DNA of 64,000 nt, from positions 14,818,001-14,882,000 of the forward strand of contig NC_092674.1 of the NCBI RefSeq assembly GCF_964355755.1. The letters are read 5' to 3'. Numbering within the stretch: position 1 is the stretch's first letter; every line of letters begins with the position of its first letter. Shown piece after piece: positions 63,666-64,000 of the stretch. Origin of the DNA: Antedon mediterranea. Taxonomy: Eukaryota > Animalia > Echinodermata. The notes beneath the pieces are model-generated. The model was not told the DNA's origin. It searched no databases and was given only the letters and a program-made list of their open reading frames with translations. Made by a program: the position numbers and the translations under genes.

Positions 63666-64000
63666 TAATCTGTATGTCCAAGTGAACATATGTGCAAAAA
63701 ATGAAAACTTTGTCATCCGTGTAACATTTTTGATCTTATATATTCTTTAAATAGTGTACAAAAAACGAATTTTGGATATGTTTTATTTGACCAAATAAAT
63801 GCTGTGAGAGCAGCGCATTATTATTATTATTATTACCGGTAATAATAAATGAGAAAGACTAAAAAAAAATCCAATCTTTATCGGGAAAAATAACATTTGA
63901 GTCAAACATAATAATAAACGATTACATAACAAAATAATTTAATATGGACCTCGTGTTTTGAACATGGTGTGGGAGTAAGTTTATAGGGGCCGGACTACCG

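Overview
AT-rich eukaryotic DNA with GT..AG introns, probably from a marine invertebrate (taxon inferred, not shown). It consists almost entirely of nested and mostly decayed transposable elements; no intact host gene, rRNA, true tRNA or CRISPR array is supported. Resolved elements: a MULE, a Ginger-type MITE, a P-type element containing a Transib with RSS-like TIRs, Kolobok-, piggyBac- and Tc1/mariner-type MITEs, two CR1-group LINEs (one with a 2A-like peptide), a tRNA-derived SINE, a Helitron-like tandem pair, a hAT-like transposase, Sola1 plus its MITE, a THAP-ISL2EU element, a Penelope fragment with a hammerhead-like motif, and an Academ. Highlights: (1) two diverged intron-containing transposase genes with a RAG1/Transib-type core, one with a RAG1-like RING/ZFA segment and the other with a RAG1-like CRxCG N-terminal motif, lying near a Transib whose TIR reads CACAGTG-23 bp-nonamer-like; (2) TA->TACAGTA/TAGGCCTA micro-insertions visible between paralogous copies, which accumulate into palindromic tracts and look like transposon excision footprints; (3) a TAGGG-terminated family with 7-bp target duplications, with an empty site in the same window. 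All family calls come from motif recognition by eye; no database search was run.
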